DNA of 62,765 bases, filler included, from Aduncisulcus paluster (taxonomy: Eukaryota): assembly GCA_024181965.1 (NCBI GenBank). It is 9 parts of 9 records of this genome, joined end to end, with 100 filler letters (N's around TTAATTAATTAA, not from the genome) between each part and the next. Parts side by side here need not be neighbours in the genome. Positions count along the whole stretch, not along the records: positions 56,716 to 62,765 come from BQXS01011243.1; 8 more parts are not named here. The stretch is one strand, 5' to 3'. The notes under the pieces were generated by a model that was given only the letters and a program-made list of their open reading frames with translations, did no database searches and was not told where the DNA came from. How positions within the stretch are numbered: position 1 is the stretch's first letter; every line of letters begins with the position of its first letter. The translations under genes and the position numbers were made by a program. This document shows, in pieces, positions 58,845 to 62,765 of this stretch.

Positions 58845-61535
58845 ATGGGAAATGATGTTTCCAAAATGAATGCAGTATTTCACAAAAAGGGCTGTCATCC
58901 TTCTTCTTTCTCTAATAGTATTGAATCAGCCCCTGTATCCCTTTATGATCCTCATTTGATCCGTCCTTATATTACATTAGCTTCTGGATGCAACAGAAGG
59001 GGTAATAGAACATTAGATGTTATAAAAATGTTAGAAGGTAAAGCTGGAGTGTGGTTTACACATATATCAATTCCTTTTCCTGAAGCTTGTGATATATATG
59101 ATATTTATTTATGTCTTGAGCAAGAATATGGACCAAAAAGTCTTAAATTCTCATTTCAACACTCCGATAACACATTTACGATAAAAGAATTTCACTTTTC
59201 TCAACCAAAATGTATGTATCTTGCTTTTTTTCTATTTTTTTTTTTTTTTTTTTTTTAGTTAAATTTGCAACGTTTAATTTTATCCTATTTCTGAATGATC
59301 TATCTAAAATCTCCCACTTGGATGATATATTTCAATTCACCTTCAATTTTTGTGTATTGATTCTTAGATTTATTTGAATGGTGGAAAATTCCTGTTCGTA
59401 TCACTGATATCATTGAATGTGTCATTGATGGGGAAGAGAGTTGGGATGGGAAAACTCCATGGCTCTATGGAATTCAATTTGTTCGAAAACCACTATCCAA
59501 ACTTGAGCTAATGGAATTAGATAAATCCAAACGCCTTGGGGCCGTTTCGCATCCCATTATTGTTCCAATTTTCAAGGAAGGAATGCGGCCTGGATTTCAT
59601 CGAACTGATCTCCCACTCATATCGCCTGATAATCGAATAATTCAACTAAACTATTCTAAAGTTCACGGTGTTTGTCACGATGGTAAACATATCGATAAAT
59701 ACAATATTGTTAAAGTTTTTACCGGCTTAGATGCGTTAGATGACATTCAATATCTTTCTTTCCCATTTTCTGTGGCATCCTCTCTGCGATGTATATATAT
59801 ATGTATCAATTCTCAATTCATTTCCAAACGGTTTTTATTCTCATTCAAGCACTCAGATTATACTTCATACATTTGCTATGAATTGCCACAATGTAAAACC
59901 TTTCAGTGGGTAGTGCTCCGGGTTGATCTTGATGGTGTTACTCAGTGCAATATTGAAGAGATTGATCAGAGTGAAAATCAAACAGAATTTAGAACATCTA
60001 AATTTAGAATCGGAGGCATCCAATTTCAGAATTCTCTAAAAGATGATGGTCACAAAGCTACAAGGAGAGCAAAAATGATCCATCCAGCGAGTAAGATAAA
60101 AGAAGTAGACACTTTAAGTGACGATTTAGATGTTAAATTGAGGTCTCATATATCTCTTGATGGTATTAACTCAACGTTGAGTGGAGATGGTGATAGTTCT
60201 CCAGTCAAAGAGTCAAAAAAGGATTCTGGTTGCGAGTTTGATCATTCTTCTCATCTGATTGGGGATATGACCAAAGAAATGGAAAGAATACAGAAATCCA
60301 TTACAAAAGAAGACTCATTAACCCTGACATCTTCCGCCATGATCACACCTTTGTGCATCATTGGTAGTGGTGGGTTTGGAGAGATTCTACTTGTGAAAAT
60401 TGATGGGATTCCTTTCCCATGTGTTCTGAAAAAGATGCTTCATATTGGTAATGAAAAGGTAGTTAAGGGATGTCGCAGAGAGTTTAAGGTTCAACAAAAA
60501 CTGTTCAACAATCCCAAATGTTTCAACCGTATCCCACGTCCTCTGTATATCCTTGACCTGCTTGATTGTGATATGAAAGGTGTGTATGGCTTCTTGATGG
60601 AGTTCTGTGTTGGAGGCAGCGTGAGTGCGTTTGCAAAGAGTTGGTGTGCTGATGGCAAGTATGTGAGTGTTGAAGAAGTTGGGGACTCAAGTTTTGATAG
60701 TCCTGATGTTGACACTGCTGAGTTTGACTTTGATCTGATGACACTGAACCCTGTGAAAGTGTGTTCGTTATGTCTTGGGATGATCGAGTGTCTTGATGAT
60801 GTGTTCACGGCCAAACCAAAGCTTGTACATCGAGACGTGAAACCCGACAACTTCCTTGTTCGTGTTGATCCCGATTCTAAGAAGTGCACCGTTGTCCTTG
60901 CAGATCTCGGTCTTGTCAAAATACAAGATTACATTTCTGATTCTCAAGTGTATGTTTCCTCAAAAGACCAATACAAACAACCAGTAGAATCCAATTTTGT
61001 ATGCGGTACATTCGTATATAATTCATACGAATCATTGAAATATGGTGAACATTCCCAAATGTCGGATGCTTACTCTCTTGGAATGTCCATTTTCTCTCTA
61101 TTTCAATGTTCTCCGCCTTTCCTCGGACATCCTGGATTAAGAGGAATAACAGAAAGAATTTTATTCATTTCTAAACTCTCAGAATTAATTCAAAAAGGAA
61201 TGGTCCCCATTCTCTTGCGTTCTCCTCTCTTCGAGTCGTTATTGATGATTGAAGGTGGCAAATACAAACCGTTGCATTCATGTTTGAATGAAATATTTTC
61301 AGGTCTGACACAGCTCGACCCAAAGGACCGTATGAGTGTTCACCAAGCTCGCATCAAGGTTCAATCGGTAAAAGCTTTCCTGCCCAAGATTGGAGAAGGA
61401 TGGAATTATCCTAGTATCCAATCGATAATATCTGAACAATGTAAGAAATATGATGGTTCTGTTGGAAGTATTGAAGGATCTGGGTTTGGTCTTGATGTTG
61501 AGGTGAAGAAAGGATGGGATGACAGTCAAAAGTGA
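58845..61535 (+). CDS. Protein kinase with a putative myristoylation signal and two tandem N-terminal beta-rich domains; exons 58845-59211 and 59368-61535
   Basis: A GTATGT..CTTAG intron restores the frame (PK-Y-LFEWWKIP). Kinase motifs GSGGFG, VLKK, HRDVKPDN, DLG, GTFVYNSYE and SDAYSLG; N-terminus MGNDVSK. Confidence 0.88.
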
Positions 61536-62032
61536 CCCTTTTCCCGCAAGTGCCTATTTCATTTTCAAGGACCTATTGGATATATTCCAGACAATATATC
61601 GAGATGGAAAATTATTTTTATGGGCAGTGGGAAAGATTACTCCGGAGTATTTTGGGGCTAAATTAAAAGTTCATTTATTTCGTCATTTTATGCGAATTTA
61701 AAATTAAAAAATAATAAAATCAAGGAATTATACTGGAAAGAATTTGTTTATCAATCAGATTATTATATTTTGTACTTGTCTTTGTCGTTACTAACTTCAA
61801 GTTAATAAGTGTTGAACACTACTAGTATTGAACTAACTATTGAACTATTTCATTTGATCATCCACTAAAGATCATATATTTTATTGATTTACTTCTCTAT
61901 CTGTCGAGTGAAACTGAGATTGAATGATCAACGGAAAAATCATTTCGAATGATTATTTTGTTTGTGATGTTTTCGATGAGATGGGTATTTTCTCTTTTTT
62001 CTTGCATAATAAGATAATTTAGTTCACCTTAA

Positions 62033-62765
62033 ATGGAAAACTTTACTTTTTATAACACTACTGAATACATTTTTGGGAAAGGTCGTCTCCCAGAGCTTGT
62101 TGCCCGTATCAAGAAGGATGGATTGAAGAAAATCATGCTTAAATATGGAGGAGGTTCTATTAAACGCAATGGTATCTTCAAGGCTGTTACCGAAGAGCTC
62201 ACAAAGAATGGCATTTCTTTTGTTGAAGCTGGAGGTGTTGAGCCTAATCCTACCGTTGAATTTGTTAGAACTTGTCGTGCAAAGTATATTTCCGAGGGTT
62301 GTGATTCTATTTTGGCTGTCGGTGGAGGAAGTGTTATTGATAGCAGTAAGTTGCTTGCTTGTTCTGTTGTTATGCCCGCTGACCATGATCCTTGGGAAAT
62401 CATGGAGTTTAAATACCATCCCACATCCATCGCACCCCTCTATACAGTCCTCACTTTGTCTGCATCCGCCAGTGAACAGGATCCTAGTTTCGTCATTTCA
62501 AACATTGCTAAGGATTTAAAATTCGGACGTCCCCTGCCACCCCTTGGTTTCCCTGTTGCTTCTCTTGTTGATCCTGAGTTCCAAAAGACTGTTCCCCGTC
62601 ATCATGTTGCCCACGGTGCCATCGATGCTCTTGTTCACACAATTGACACTTACTTCGGTGCTTACACTGATATTGACGACAAGACATCCAAGGTAGCTGT
62701 TGCTCCTGCATCCATCATGGAGGGAATATTCCATGGACTTGTTGAGACTGCTGACAAAATCCTTG
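62033..62765 (+). CDS. Iron-containing alcohol/butanol dehydrogenase (BdhA/YqhD-like), runs off the window end
   Basis: Manual translation: MENFTFYNTTEYIFGKG...YGGGSIKRNG...GGVEPNP...AVGGGSVIDSSK...TLSASASE...LVDPEF...DALVH. Absent from the ORF track because there is no stop in the window. Confidence 0.93.
   Translation, partial: MENFTFYNTTEYIFGKGRLPELVARIKKDGLKKIMLKYGGGSIKRNGIFKAVTEELTKNGISFVEAGGVEPNPTVEFVRTCRAKYISEGCDSILAVGGGSVIDSSKLLACSVVMPADHDPWEIMEFKYHPTSIAPLYTVLTLSASASEQDPSFVISNIAKDLKFGRPLPPLGFPVASLVDPEFQKTVPRHHVAHGAIDALVHTIDTYFGAYTDIDDKTSKVAVAPASIMEGIFHGLVETADKIL

Overview
This is eukaryotic DNA, not prokaryotic. It is nine contigs/scaffolds joined by 100-nt N-linkers carrying TTAATTAATTAA, so adjacency across a linker means nothing. 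The DNA is AT-rich, gene-dense and intron-poor (GTATGT..AG introns) and uses the standard code. The gene content (flagellar CFAP91 and BBS4, a bacterial-type Fe-ADH and HAD, a DLG kinase with a lineage-specific N-terminal domain) suggests an anaerobic flagellate, possibly a Carpediemonas-like fornicate such as Aduncisulcus; this is inference. Recognisable genes: RPP38/POP3-like, LPCAT-type acyltransferase, CFAP91, ISWI C-terminus, Sin3-like, tRNA-Val(CAC), tRNA-Lys(TTT), RPS20, p24/TMED, UMP1/POMP, SDA1, LRR/RING/coiled-coil proteins, HAD phosphatase, a protein kinase and Fe-ADH. UNG and BBS4 appear as decayed copies. Mobile-element debris is abundant: hAT, zinc-knuckle gags, a GPF integrase tail, a family of very short TGTGG..CCACA LTR-like units (one cluster lies just downstream of tRNA-Lys), a possible Fanzor1/TnpB remnant and an ORF opening with a histone-H3-like ARSKQTARK. 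The scaffold at 14584-37095 has six 20-N gaps with duplicated flanks, which are assembly artefacts. All family calls come from motif recognition by eye; no searches were run.
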